Source: Patescibacteria group bacterium (lineage in GTDB: Bacteria; Patescibacteriota; JAQUNI01). Taken from it: 64,000 nucleotides of DNA. Shown piece by piece: positions 46,347-56,895 of this stretch. The translations under genes were made by a program, and so were the position numbers. Position 1 is the first letter of the stretch; the number at the start of each line of letters is the position of its first letter. The stretch lies in assembly GCA_028717685.1 (NCBI GenBank), contig JAQUNI010000001.1, forward strand, positions 481,094 to 545,093, written 5' to 3'. Below the pieces are notes generated by a model that was not told the DNA's origin, did not search any database, and was given only the letters and a program-made list of their open reading frames with translations.

Positions 46347-49265
46347 TTATTTTATTTCCACAACCACCCTCGCGCTTTGAGTAGTTTCGTTTTCGTGGGA
46401 GACCAGAATGGTATAGATTTCGTACTGGCCGGGCAAGGGTTTTCTTTCCCAAATTAAATCATATTCCTCCCCGTCGGGCGTCGCGGGTTCAAAACTGGAC
46501 CCGATAAGGAAAGCTCTTTTGTCCCGGGTGAGGTCGCGGGCGTAAAAATTAATTTTTCGGATGCCATTTGGATGTGAGGCAACTGCCTTCAATTTATAGG
46601 GAAAATTTTCGTCTTGCAAAGTAAGCTGTCCGGCGGGTTGGCTTATATAGATAATTTGTTCGTTTTTAAGATTAATGGTCACGGAATCCTGCGCGGTGTT
46701 CCCCATCTTGTCGTAAGCAATGACTTTAATGGTATGGAAACCGGGTTCATCATAACTTACATAATGTGTTTTAAAAGGGGGATTGCCGTTTTTAACATCA
46801 AAGAGTTTATTATCAAGATAGAATTCTACCTTGTCAAAGGTTAAAGGCGCTTCGCCATCGGCTTCAATGTTGATGTTGCTATCTTCAATTAAGTCATTGT
46901 CGGCTGGCGAGGTAATATTGATGGCGGGTTGATTTTTTTCTTCATGGTAATCGCAAGTTTCCGTGGGCACCTTTCCCGTCTCAATTTTTTCCCGCGCTAT
47001 CCATTCTTGGATGGGTTTTTCCCAACGTTCATACATAGGATCGTTCTCGGGATGCTCTGGAACGGGACCGCGAGGATTATCCTTGTCCGCATAGTAAAGA
47101 ATCGTATGAATCTCGCGGAATGTTTTTTCAACCACTTGTTCGGGGCGGCAACAGGTTTCATGCAGGATTTGATTATTTACTTCACAGACCCGCGCCGTGG
47201 TTTCATTATATTTGCCGTGCAATATCATTTTGTCCAGCTGATATTTCGTATAAGGGGTAAATTTTTCGGTAGAAGCGCCCTCTAGAGCCTTTTTCATAAA
47301 AGCCTGCCAGATGGGGGCGGCAACTTGAGAACCGTCAGCGCGGCGCATCTCACTATTGTCATTATTGCCCACCCAGACGCCCGCTGCTAACGATGGGGTG
47401 TAACCGACTGTCCAGGCATCGCGATAATCTTGGGTTGTGCCAGTCTTAGCGGCAACCGGTATTCCTCCTAAATTCAGATAATTATGGGTTCCAAAGATCA
47501 TCGCGCGGGCATTATTATCAGAAAGAATACTGTTAATTTCTCTCGCAACTTGCTCGGGGATGACCCTTTTTCCTTCTCCTTGCTGCCATTCTTCCAAGAT
47601 TTGGCCATCTTTATCTTCTATTTTCATAATTACCGTTTTTTCCTGACGGATGCCATCATTGGCAAAAACGCCGTAGGCAGGCACAAAATCGATTAATTTT
47701 ACTTCACCGCCGCCTAAAACCAGAGAAAGTCCGAATCGCGACCGTTCCCCCAGGGTGGTGATGCCCATTTGATTAGCAAGGTCAATAGTTTCATCAATGC
47801 CCGCTAAGTAAAGCGTTTTTACTGCTGGGATATTAAGGGAATTAGCGAGTGCTGTGCGCATAGTGACTGATCCGTGTTCTTTACCATCGTAATTTTGAGG
47901 GATATATTCTTTGCCTCCCTGGAGGCCAAAGTTAGTGGTGAGATCGAAAAGCAAGGTATCAGGGGTGTAGCCCTTTTGAAAGGCGCGGGCATAAGCAAAT
48001 GGTTTAAAAGAGGAACCTGGCTGGCGGGGTCGGAGCGTAACATTCACATTGCCGTCATTTTGGAGGTCAAAATAGTCGCGCGAACCGACCATTACTAAAA
48101 TTTGTCCCGTCTTCGGGTCAGAAGCAAGCAGGGCGGCATTGCGGGCATTAAATTTTTGGGGATAATCACCGCTCATCTCGTAGACTAACTCTTCGGCTAT
48201 TTTTTGTTTGTCATAATCCAAGGTCGTGTACACCTTCAAGCCTCCTCTTTCAATAAAGTCTTCGCCATATTTATCCGCGAGGATTTCTTTAATATATAAT
48301 ACAAAATGGGGGGCGATTATCCCTTCTCTGTTTTCCGCGTAGCTCAATTCTTCTTGTTTCGCGCTATTCGCTTCCTCGGGCGTGATATAACCCAAAGTAG
48401 CCATACGGTTTAAAATATATTCCCTACGGGCAGCCAAAGCCTCTGGGTGGGAGCCAAAAGGAGAGTAGTAAGTTGTGGCGCGGGGAAGAGAAGCGAGGGT
48501 GGCAGCTTCCCCCAAGGTTAATTCCGAGGCTTTTTTATTAAAGAAGGTTTGGCTTGCCGCTTCTATGCCGTAGGCATTAGAACCATAAGGAATTTCATTC
48601 AGATACATCTCTAAAATTTGATCTTTGGAGAACCGCCTTTCCAACTCCAGAGACAGGATTAACTCTTTGAATTTGCGGGAGAAGGTCCGTTCAGGGGTTA
48701 AAATAGAGTTCTTAATAAATTGTTGAGTAATAGTTGAGCCGCCTTGGCGTACGCCGCCGCCCTTCACATCAGACCAGGCTGCCCTTAAGATGGAGCGGAA
48801 ATCAATGCCCCTATGGTTATAGAAATCGTCGTCTTCAGCGGTAAGGGTGGCTTTGATTAAATAATTAGAAATTTGAGCGAAGGGAACTATAGTGCGCTTT
48901 TCCTCGCCGTGGATTTCGTATAAAAGATGCTCGCCGGTGCGGTCATAGATTTTAGTGCTTTCCGTCATCTGGCGTTCTGCAAGTTTTTGGGGATCAGGCA
49001 GGTCTTTGGCAAAATAAGCAAAAACCGAGATAGCGCTGACAACTAAACCAAAAATTCCCAATAAAAATAAGGCGAGAATGATTTTCACTGTTTTTTTCAG
49101 CCGCTTTCTTTTTCTTGTTTTTAGTTCTTCGCGGGTAATTACTAAATCTCCCCGCTTGTAGCGCGCGTAACCCGTTTTTTTGCGCTTAGGCAAAGATTTT
49201 TGTTGCTTTTGCGGATTTTTTAACATAGATAGCTTAATTCTACGAGATTTTGGGAGAAGTGTCAA
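46347..49265 (-). CDS. class A penicillin-binding protein (PBP1A: transglycosylase + transpeptidase) with C-terminal Ig-like extension
   Basis: GT51 motifs (EDDDFYNHRGID, RQGGSTITQQ), TP motif (RQPGSSFKPF), N-terminal TM anchor; 972 aa. Confidence 0.9.
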   Translation of the reverse strand: MTLLPKSRRIKLSMLKNPQKQQKSLPKRKKTGYARYKRGDLVITREELKTRKRKRLKKTVKIILALFLLGIFGLVVSAISVFAYFAKDLPDPQKLAERQMTESTKIYDRTGEHLLYEIHGEEKRTIVPFAQISNYLIKATLTAEDDDFYNHRGIDFRSILRAAWSDVKGGGVRQGGSTITQQFIKNSILTPERTFSRKFKELILSLELERRFSKDQILEMYLNEIPYGSNAYGIEAASQTFFNKKASELTLGEAATLASLPRATTYYSPFGSHPEALAARREYILNRMATLGYITPEEANSAKQEELSYAENREGIIAPHFVLYIKEILADKYGEDFIERGGLKVYTTLDYDKQKIAEELVYEMSGDYPQKFNARNAALLASDPKTGQILVMVGSRDYFDLQNDGNVNVTLRPRQPGSSFKPFAYARAFQKGYTPDTLLFDLTTNFGLQGGKEYIPQNYDGKEHGSVTMRTALANSLNIPAVKTLYLAGIDETIDLANQMGITTLGERSRFGLSLVLGGGEVKLIDFVPAYGVFANDGIRQEKTVIMKIEDKDGQILEEWQQGEGKRVIPEQVAREINSILSDNNARAMIFGTHNYLNLGGIPVAAKTGTTQDYRDAWTVGYTPSLAAGVWVGNNDNSEMRRADGSQVAAPIWQAFMKKALEGASTEKFTPYTKYQLDKMILHGKYNETTARVCEVNNQILHETCCRPEQVVEKTFREIHTILYYADKDNPRGPVPEHPENDPMYERWEKPIQEWIAREKIETGKVPTETCDYHEEKNQPAINITSPADNDLIEDSNINIEADGEAPLTFDKVEFYLDNKLFDVKNGNPPFKTHYVSYDEPGFHTIKVIAYDKMGNTAQDSVTINLKNEQIIYISQPAGQLTLQDENFPYKLKAVASHPNGIRKINFYARDLTRDKRAFLIGSSFEPATPDGEEYDLIWERKPLPGQYEIYTILVSHENETTQSARVVVEIK

Positions 49266-49366
49266 AAGGGAATCGGGAATCAGGAATCAGGAATTTGGAA
49301 TTTGGGATTTTTTGACTGTTTTAAGGAAAAAAGTTATAATTAGAACATATTAATCAATTTTTTATT

Positions 49367-49597
49367 ATGAATCAAGATAAATTAAAAGAGATAATTAATT
49401 CTATAAATGAAAGGCTCGCTTTGCATGGCGGTAGTGTGGATTTGGTAGATTTTGACGGGAAAAAAAAGATAGTGAAGCTAAGACTACAAGGCGCTTGTGG
49501 TCATTGTCCAATGGCGCAATTAACTAGCGAGAATTTTATTAAAAAAGAACTTTTAGCTAAGATGCCGGACTTGAAAGAGATCATGATGGTTGGGTAG
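49367..49597 (+). CDS. NifU-like (Nfu C-terminal domain) Fe-S scaffold/carrier protein
   Basis: GACGHCPMAQ CxxC motif in Nfu-type context, 76 aa. Confidence 0.7.
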   Translation: MNQDKLKEIINSINERLALHGGSVDLVDFDGKKKIVKLRLQGACGHCPMAQLTSENFIKKELLAKMPDLKEIMMVG

Positions 49598-49771
49598 TAA
49601 TTTTTGATTTGTAATTTTTAACTAATTTTTATTGAATTAAAGAATTATTGGAAAATGAAATCATTCAAAATTAAGTAGTTAAAAATTAGTTAAAAAACAA
49701 AAATTAAAAATTTGCAATTCATCATAGGCTAAATAGGCTAATCCGCCCAAGAAGGCGGAAAATTAAGATTT

Positions 49772-50977
49772 ATGTCTAGAGTTATTGTAGATAAGCAAAA
49801 AATAGATGAACTCTTAACCCGCGGCGTGGCAGAAGTAATAGATAAAGAAAATTTGGCGAAAAAACTTTTGGCTGGAAAAAAGTTAAGAGTAAAATTAGGG
49901 ATTGACCCTACAAGTCCGAATATTCATTTGGGTCGCACGATTCCGCTTTTGAAATTGCGCGATTTTCAAGATTTAGGGCATCAGGTGGTTTTGATCATCG
50001 GCGATTTTACAGGTTTAATTGGAGATACAAGCGATAAAACTAGCGAAAGACCGATGTTATCCCATAGCGAGATTGAAAAAAATATGCAGACATATTTGGA
50101 GCAAGCGGGTAAAATTTTAGACACCAAGGCTTTTGAATTTCGCCATAACTCGGAATGGCTCAAAAAATTAAATTATTTAGAAATAGGGGAGCAGGCTGAT
50201 CTTTTTTCGATTTCTGAATTTATTACTCGGGAAAATATCAAAAAAAGGCTTAATGAAGGGAAGCGCGTTTCTTTACGCGAAGTGCTTTATCCGTTGATGC
50301 AGGGTTATGATTCCGTGGCTATAAAAGCAGATGTAGAATTAGGCGGAACCGACCAGCGCTTTAATCTCTTAGCAGGCAGAAAATTGCAAGAGCATTTTAG
50401 CCAAAAACCGCAGGATATTTTAATGAATAATTTGATTGCGGGCTTAGATGGGCGCAAGATGAGTTCATCTTGGGGCAATGTAATTAATGTCGGGGATACG
50501 CCCGAAGAAATGTTTGGCAAAATAATGAGTATGGCTGATGATTTAATTATTCCTTATTTTATCCACTGCACGCGGACGCCTTCAGAAGAAGTTGAAGAAG
50601 CCCAAAAAGCGCTTAAAGAAGGCAAAAATCCCAAAGAAATTAAGGAAAAGTTGGCTTACGAGATTACTCGGATGTACTGGGGCGAGGACGGGGCTAAAAA
50701 AGGCAAGGATAACTTTGATCTTGTTTTTTGCCAGAATAAAATTCCGGAAGATATTCCCGAGGTTAGTTTTCAAGAAAAGGAACTGGATATTTTGGATTTA
50801 TTAGTAAGGGCTAAACTCTGCAAAAGTAAAAGCGAGGCGCGGGATATGGTGGAGCAGGGAGCAGTGAAGATTGACCAAGAAATTATTCGCGATTGGAAGA
50901 TAATAATTTCTGGGTTGAACAATAAAGTTGTTCAGGTGGGGAAGAGGAAATTTTGCCGCATCAAGAATAATAAATGA
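49772..50977 (+). CDS. tyrS: tyrosine--tRNA ligase with C-terminal S4-like domain
   Basis: Class I HIGH-region (PTSPNIHLGR), KMSSS motif, GDFTGLIGDTSDK block typical of TyrRS. Confidence 0.9.
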   Translation: MSRVIVDKQKIDELLTRGVAEVIDKENLAKKLLAGKKLRVKLGIDPTSPNIHLGRTIPLLKLRDFQDLGHQVVLIIGDFTGLIGDTSDKTSERPMLSHSEIEKNMQTYLEQAGKILDTKAFEFRHNSEWLKKLNYLEIGEQADLFSISEFITRENIKKRLNEGKRVSLREVLYPLMQGYDSVAIKADVELGGTDQRFNLLAGRKLQEHFSQKPQDILMNNLIAGLDGRKMSSSWGNVINVGDTPEEMFGKIMSMADDLIIPYFIHCTRTPSEEVEEAQKALKEGKNPKEIKEKLAYEITRMYWGEDGAKKGKDNFDLVFCQNKIPEDIPEVSFQEKELDILDLLVRAKLCKSKSEARDMVEQGAVKIDQEIIRDWKIIISGLNNKVVQVGKRKFCRIKNNK

Positions 50978-51015
50978 AACCTTAAAATATAAATTCTCTG
51001 ATAAAATAATATAAA

Positions 51016-51049
51016 AATCCGCGATTTTTATTGCGGATTGATGTTTTTT
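51016..51049. terminator. bidirectional hairpin terminator between convergent tyrS and ROK-kinase genes
   Basis: aatccgcgatttttattgcggatt followed by gatgtttttt. Confidence 0.65.
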
Positions 51050-51076
51050 AAGATTCAGTATTAAATTTTTTGATTT

Positions 51077-51961
51077 CTAACGATCTAACAGCGCCGCTCC
51101 GATCATTCCTGCTTCGCGGCCAAGCTTGGCTTTGACGATTTTTACGCATTCACCTAAACCTTTTAAGGTGAATTTTTTTGTATTGTGAATAGCAAGATCA
51201 GCAAAATTCGCAACTTCAGACAAGCCGCCGCCGAGGACAATTATTTCGGGCTCTAAGATATTGATAATATTGGCAAGGCCTACGGCTAAATAGTTGCTTG
51301 CTTGCCTAAATATGGATTGAGCTGGCTCCAGACCGCTTTTTGCTTCTTCTTCTATGGCATAGGCATCCCGCCTAAACCCGGTGCGGTTTTCATATTCCTG
51401 GATGATGGCTGTAGCCGAAGCATACGCCTCCAGGCATCCTTTTTGGCCACAGGAGCATTTTCGTCCGTTATAATCAATAATCATATGACCAAACTCTGTC
51501 GCGGACGTGCAGACGCCGTGGTAGAGTTTGCCGTCAATGACAAGACCCCCGCCGATACCTGTGCCCAAGGTGAGTCCGGCGGCTTTTTTCTTCCCATACG
51601 CAGCGCCGTAAGTAACCTCGGCTAAGATAAAGGCATTAGTATCATTATCCAAAAAGACCTGTACTTTAAATTCTTTTTGCAGAAGACGAGCAAAATCAAT
51701 ATGCTCCAGAGCCTTTAAATTAGGCGATAAAAGATTGATTTTTTGATTAATGTCAATAATGCCGGCTTGGGCAAGGCCGATTTTTTTTACTCCAGGGACA
51801 ATAATTTTTTTAATATTTTCTTGGACAGCTTGAATCAATTCTTCTTCTTTATGGGGCGAAGAGATGGTTGTTTGCTTTAAAATTTTAAACCCCTCTTTGT
51901 TGATTTCAAGTAGACCGAAATTGGTTTTGGTGCCGCCTAGATCAATACCCACAGAAAGCAT
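51077..51961 (-). CDS. ROK-family sugar kinase (glucokinase-like)
   Basis: N-terminal GIDLGGTKT; ROK Cys/His zinc motif region (CSCGQKGCLE). Confidence 0.8.
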   Translation of the reverse strand: MLSVGIDLGGTKTNFGLLEINKEGFKILKQTTISSPHKEEELIQAVQENIKKIIVPGVKKIGLAQAGIIDINQKINLLSPNLKALEHIDFARLLQKEFKVQVFLDNDTNAFILAEVTYGAAYGKKKAAGLTLGTGIGGGLVIDGKLYHGVCTSATEFGHMIIDYNGRKCSCGQKGCLEAYASATAIIQEYENRTGFRRDAYAIEEEAKSGLEPAQSIFRQASNYLAVGLANIINILEPEIIVLGGGLSEVANFADLAIHNTKKFTLKGLGECVKIVKAKLGREAGMIGAALLDR

Positions 51962-51965
51962 AATT

Positions 51966-54230
51966 TTATGTCCAAATTTGTTCTTTATTGTTTAGATATT
52001 TTTTTAGAGTGAGCCGCGCCAAAAGGTATGAAATTGTAGATTCCGCGCCTTGATTGAGATTGACTGAAGATTCTCTTAAACCATCGTGACAGCCGCCCGT
52101 GCTTTCGTCGTAAACCATCCGATTTAAAAGATTTTTGCCCAGAAACCAATAAAACGCGTTGATCGCTTGATTCAGATATTTTTTTTGTTTGGTAATCTTA
52201 TAACATAGAGTAAGGGCTTGAACCATTTCCGCAGCCTCTTCGGGCTGTTGGTCAAAATACGCCCTTTTGCCGCTAAGCGTATACCAACCTCTTTGACCAA
52301 TAGGAGAAAAGATTTCATTTTCAAAGGTAATAGAGCACAAAAAGTCCAAAGTTTTTTCCGCAACTTGCAAGTAATTTTGTTTTTTGGTCGCTAAATAGGC
52401 ATAAAGCAAGGCTGCGGGCAGTTTCCCGTTGGAATATGAGACTTTGCGCTCAAACCATTGCCACGAAGGGTTAGAATTCTTGCGATAAAGCGCGACAAGA
52501 GAGTTGGCTTTACGCTGTATATATTTGATGTTTTGCAGAGATGGGGCGATTTTGTGGAATTTGCAGATTCCGATTAGGGCACAGGCAATAGCGCGGGAAT
52601 ATTTCAATTTTTTAGTTGGAGGGATTGCTTTTTGGAATAAGGCTTTGGCTTTGTTTCTAATCGTTTGGGGTAAAGATTTTGTCGCAGTAATCGTCCCTAA
52701 GGCCCAGACTGCGCGGCCGTGCGCGTCTTCAGACCAATGTTTTAGGTCAATCTCTTGATTATGATTGACGAAATTGAAAAATCTACCATCATTTTTTTGC
52801 ACGTGTTGAATGAAATTTAAATATATTTTGAGCAAAGGGAGAACATTTTTTTTTCTAAAAAGCCTGTAATGATAGCAGAGAGCAATGAGGCCGCGCGCCA
52901 CATCATCCGTTGAGTATCCTGAATTTGGATCTGGCGTCGCGTGTTGCGCGAATTGGATAATACCGAAATTATCACTTAACTTTTTAAAATGCTTTAGGCT
53001 CACTTGCGGCAGTTTTTTTAGAGACTTTTGCTCAAGGCTCGAATATTGCTGAAAGATTTTGGTATAGGAGAGAGCGACATTGGGCCAGGTCATCATTCGG
53101 CTGGAGGAATAAGCCTCTTTTTCTATTTTTGTTTTTAGATCGGGATTATTCAATATCTTAAGGATGGCTTTTGCAAAGGATTGGGGATTTTTAAAATCAA
53201 CGAGAATGCCTTGGTTTTCATTTTGAATTACATCGCGCGCATGCAGGAAGGGGGTGGAGATGACAGCGCGACCGCAACCTAAAGCATAGGCTAAGGTGCC
53301 GCTTGTGATTTGATAGGGATTCAGATTAGAGGCAACATAGACATCGGTCGCTTGAAGATATTGGATAATCTCCTGCAGGGTTAAATATTTATTGTAGAAT
53401 TTAACATTATGCTGCAGTTTTAATTTTTGCACATTTTTTTCCAGAGAATTCCTGTACTCTTCGCCTTTTAAACTTCTGACCACAGGATGGGTTTCACCAA
53501 TAATTAAGTAAAGAAGATTGGGAAATTTTTCCACCACTTTAGGGAGGGCTGCGATAACATACTCATACCCTTTATCTTCACTGACTAACCCGAAGGAAGA
53601 AAGAACGATTCTGTCTTGATAACCAAGCTTGATTTTTGGCTTCAAATTCGGCACAAAGGGGACACTGGGAATTCCGTGCGGGATTATTTCAATAGCGGAT
53701 TTTATATTATAATCATTCCTTAATATTTTTATCGCGCGAGGAGTCATCACGATAAGACAGCGGGCATAGCGCGCAATAGACTGAACAATATTTTTCAAAT
53801 GGTCATCAGGATGGGGCAGCAGAGAATGAAGGGTAACCACTATGGGTTTTTGCAAGGTTTCTAGAAAAGGCACGAGGTAGCTTCCCCATTCGCCGCCGAA
53901 AATGCCGAACTCATGCTGAATGCATACTAATTTTACCTCTTTCAGGGAATTGATCTTTTTTGCAATGTCAATATACTCTTGAATATTGGATTCATTAATT
54001 TCAAAGATTACCTTCTTTTGATAATTATATATGTTTATTGCCCCTCTATTTAATGCCAGAACTTTTGTTTTTAAGCTTGGCATTTTGTTGGCAATGGCAT
54101 TTGCCAAATCGTGCGTAAAAGTCGCAATACCGCATTCGCGTGGCGGAAATGTGCCTACATACAAAATCCAAGATGGCTCTTCTTTAGTAATCATAGACAG
54201 TATTTTATCACGAAGCGATGATCCAGTCAA
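51966..54230 (-). CDS. bifunctional-looking protein: N-terminal GT4 glycosyltransferase fused to C-terminal six-hairpin glycosidase-like domain
   Basis: N-terminal about 400 aa GT-B fold blocks (ILYVGTFPPRECGIATFTHDL...E.G.P); C-terminal about 330 aa Trp/Tyr-rich alpha/alpha-toroid-like; domain assignment of C-terminus is inference. Confidence 0.5.
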   Translation of the reverse strand: MTGSSLRDKILSMITKEEPSWILYVGTFPPRECGIATFTHDLANAIANKMPSLKTKVLALNRGAINIYNYQKKVIFEINESNIQEYIDIAKKINSLKEVKLVCIQHEFGIFGGEWGSYLVPFLETLQKPIVVTLHSLLPHPDDHLKNIVQSIARYARCLIVMTPRAIKILRNDYNIKSAIEIIPHGIPSVPFVPNLKPKIKLGYQDRIVLSSFGLVSEDKGYEYVIAALPKVVEKFPNLLYLIIGETHPVVRSLKGEEYRNSLEKNVQKLKLQHNVKFYNKYLTLQEIIQYLQATDVYVASNLNPYQITSGTLAYALGCGRAVISTPFLHARDVIQNENQGILVDFKNPQSFAKAILKILNNPDLKTKIEKEAYSSSRMMTWPNVALSYTKIFQQYSSLEQKSLKKLPQVSLKHFKKLSDNFGIIQFAQHATPDPNSGYSTDDVARGLIALCYHYRLFRKKNVLPLLKIYLNFIQHVQKNDGRFFNFVNHNQEIDLKHWSEDAHGRAVWALGTITATKSLPQTIRNKAKALFQKAIPPTKKLKYSRAIACALIGICKFHKIAPSLQNIKYIQRKANSLVALYRKNSNPSWQWFERKVSYSNGKLPAALLYAYLATKKQNYLQVAEKTLDFLCSITFENEIFSPIGQRGWYTLSGKRAYFDQQPEEAAEMVQALTLCYKITKQKKYLNQAINAFYWFLGKNLLNRMVYDESTGGCHDGLRESSVNLNQGAESTISYLLARLTLKKYLNNKEQIWT

Positions 54231-54333
54231 CTTACATTAATTTTTAAGGGACCCCGCTCTTCGAATCTGAAGGCTCGTCAGAGTCTGAACGACCTGAACG
54301 ACCTAAGTTTTTTAAAATTTAGGCGGGAAAGCT

Positions 54334-55359
54334 TCAGGCATTGCGTAATAATTTCACCAAAAGTTCATCTAAATTTAAAGAAACAGCAGCAATGACCTGA
54401 TCGGCGGCGCCATAATAAATATACAGTCGACCGTCAAAAAGAGCAGTATCAGTCGGGAAAATGATGTTAGCCACATTGCCAGATTTTTCATAATCCGCCT
54501 CTGGCGAAAATAAAGGATAATCCAGCCTGCCGATTACTTTTAGCGGGTTCTGTTTATTAAGTAATGCCGCTGTAGCATGATAAATTTTGCCGTAGCTGGA
54601 ATCTTCCACGGCGTGATAAATTAAAAGCCAGCCAGCATCAGTTTCCAGGGGCGGCGCGCCGCCGCCAATATTGCGGGATTCAAAAGCATATTTCGGTTCT
54701 AAAATAACATATTCCCCCAGTTTTTTCAGATAATGCTCCCAATATTTTTTATCCATTAATTGTTCAAAGCGATCAAAAAAAATAACTTGCATACCCGGCA
54801 GAATGCGGTGGATTAACGCAAATTTTCCGTTGATTTTTTTAGGGAAAAGAAGGGCATCTTTTTCCCAGAGGATAACATCAGGGCCTACCTTGTCTTTATA
54901 ATATGATTCAAAGAAAAAGTATTTTTCTTTAAGATTATAGCTGGATTTTCGGAAAAGATCCTCGGCTTTATCATAGGTTAATTGGCACGAAATAATACCC
55001 CTCTTTTTCCATTCTTTTAAATCTTTGCTTTCCGCGTAAGCAATCCTAGCATTTTTTCCGTCAAATGCTGTGTAGGTTAGATAATAGGTGCCTTCAATAT
55101 AGGCGATGCGGGGATCCTCAATGCCTTGTTTTTCATAATCATATTCTGGACGCAAGATAGGTTCCGCCGCCCTTTCTACCACTTTTAACGGACCCTCCAG
55201 AACACAATAGCCGATTGAAGAATAGTTGTCTTTCTGGACTGCCCGATAAAACATCTTTAGAATCTTTCCCGCCTGGACTACAGCAGGGTTTGAAACAGCC
55301 TCAGTTTCATGTTTTTGTTCGGAGGGCTTTAAAATTACGCCTTCTCTCTTAATGTTCAT
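54334..55359 (-). CDS. GH130-family glycoside phosphorylase-like protein (DUF377)
   Basis: SNPAVVQ...IEDPRIAYIEGTYYLTYTAFDG...ARIAYAESKDLKEWKKRG pattern of GH130 beta-propeller. Confidence 0.6.
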   Translation of the reverse strand: MNIKREGVILKPSEQKHETEAVSNPAVVQAGKILKMFYRAVQKDNYSSIGYCVLEGPLKVVERAAEPILRPEYDYEKQGIEDPRIAYIEGTYYLTYTAFDGKNARIAYAESKDLKEWKKRGIISCQLTYDKAEDLFRKSSYNLKEKYFFFESYYKDKVGPDVILWEKDALLFPKKINGKFALIHRILPGMQVIFFDRFEQLMDKKYWEHYLKKLGEYVILEPKYAFESRNIGGGAPPLETDAGWLLIYHAVEDSSYGKIYHATAALLNKQNPLKVIGRLDYPLFSPEADYEKSGNVANIIFPTDTALFDGRLYIYYGAADQVIAAVSLNLDELLVKLLRNA

Positions 55360-55432
55360 TGTTTTTAGAATCAGTTAATTGATTTTTTTGAAATAGCCCC
55401 CAAAATTTTTTATTGGAATTTTTGGGGTTTAC

Positions 55433-56890
55433 TCAATCATCAATCATTTCAGGCTGTTCGTGCAGAGGTGTGATGTCTAGTTGCCTGTAAACCCATCGCG
55501 CGACATTATGCCCCCATTCATTGAGTTTATTGGTTCTTAAATCCAGCACGCCACGCAGAGCTAAAACGCGGAATAATCTCTGATTGGGCGTGAGTTTAGA
55601 ATTAAGGATAGGCACGCCATCGGCAATTAGAAATTCGTCTTTGGTTTTTAGATGTTTGTAATGATAGCCTTCTCGTTTAAAGATGAATTTTCCGTTTTGA
55701 TACTTATAAATCCCGGCTGCTATTTCCTTTTTGTTTTCCGCCCATTTATAAAGGAGGTTATGCAGGATCATCTGGCTGCCAATTTTCGGTCGGCGGATAT
55801 TGCGATTGACCTTGTTAATATCAATGCGGTAATTAGCCTTTAAAAATTCCAGGACGTGGAATCCCAAAAGAGGTGGTTCTCCATTGGCAATTTGGACCAT
55901 AGGAAGGCAGGGAAAAGAGCCTAGAAGGCGAGGATTACATTCCACGACATAAAGCTTCTCGGTTTCTTTTTCAAGGAGCATATCCAATCCAAAGATTCCT
56001 TTGTAACGCAGGCCAGAGAGATGAGAACCGATTTTTTCCGCGATTATATTGGCTTGTCTCTGGACCTTTTCATTAAATACTGCCTGCGTCCAGTCGTGTC
56101 CAGAGAATAAACCCGAACCTTTTTTGAGATTCCAGAGTTCAGGTATGTCTAGGAGTTGAAATTGGAGTCCAGTTGAAATAATTCCTTCTCTGGTTACACA
56201 ACCGGTTAGGCTAGGGGATGGACCGTGGATAAATTTCGTAATCACAACTTCGGGCGGGGTTTCATATTCCTGCACGCGGCTGTGGTTAATGAAATTATTA
56301 TAGTCCTCTTTATTATTAATAAAAAAAGTTCCTTTCCCGCCGCCGCGATCAGGAAGCTGGATTACAAAATGCGGCCCATATTTTTTATTAAGCGCGTCAA
56401 AATCTATTTTTGAAAGATTATCGGTTTCACCAGGGATTAAGTCAATGTCGCATTTTTTTAAGATATCTCGGAAATAAACTTTGTTTTCCAAACTTTTTTT
56501 GCCAAATTCCGGTGAATTGTTAAGTATGGTCCAGCCATGTTTTTTGGATTCCGCCATAATCTTGTCAGTAGTTTTGTAAAAGAGCAGGGCTGGCTTCTCC
56601 GGCAGTTTTTTTAAATACTTTTGGGTACGGCGGTTCAAAATAATAGAAGTAGCGTTACGGTTGCATTTCAGATGTTTTGTCGGTCTGCCTCGTTCCAAGG
56701 AATAAACAGAAATGTCTTTTTCAATCGCTGGCGTGTCTAAGCTATATCTTAGGCAGACTATCTTGTAGTTTGGGACGATGTCTTCCAAACCAGTACGATT
56801 AAAAGCAGTTACGCCGACACCAACAATCGGTTTTTTGATGGTCTGAAATACTGCTTTCAAGTCTTGGAGGTTGGTAACACGAATGGCCAT
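55433..56890 (-). CDS. ATP-grasp superfamily ligase (second ATP-grasp of the cluster)
   Basis: DRGGGKG glycine-rich loop and C-terminal ...GLDMLLEKETEKLYVVECNPR ATP-grasp Mg/ATP motif. Confidence 0.5.
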   Translation of the reverse strand: MAIRVTNLQDLKAVFQTIKKPIVGVGVTAFNRTGLEDIVPNYKIVCLRYSLDTPAIEKDISVYSLERGRPTKHLKCNRNATSIILNRRTQKYLKKLPEKPALLFYKTTDKIMAESKKHGWTILNNSPEFGKKSLENKVYFRDILKKCDIDLIPGETDNLSKIDFDALNKKYGPHFVIQLPDRGGGKGTFFINNKEDYNNFINHSRVQEYETPPEVVITKFIHGPSPSLTGCVTREGIISTGLQFQLLDIPELWNLKKGSGLFSGHDWTQAVFNEKVQRQANIIAEKIGSHLSGLRYKGIFGLDMLLEKETEKLYVVECNPRLLGSFPCLPMVQIANGEPPLLGFHVLEFLKANYRIDINKVNRNIRRPKIGSQMILHNLLYKWAENKKEIAAGIYKYQNGKFIFKREGYHYKHLKTKDEFLIADGVPILNSKLTPNQRLFRVLALRGVLDLRTNKLNEWGHNVARWVYRQLDITPLHEQPEMIDD

Positions 56891-56895
56891 ATTTT

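Noticed and set aside
49598-49771. T-box leader upstream of tyrS
   Set aside because: No T-box conserved sequence (AGGGUGGNACCGCG) or specifier/antiterminator architecture; only a short ccgcccaagaaggcgg hairpin.
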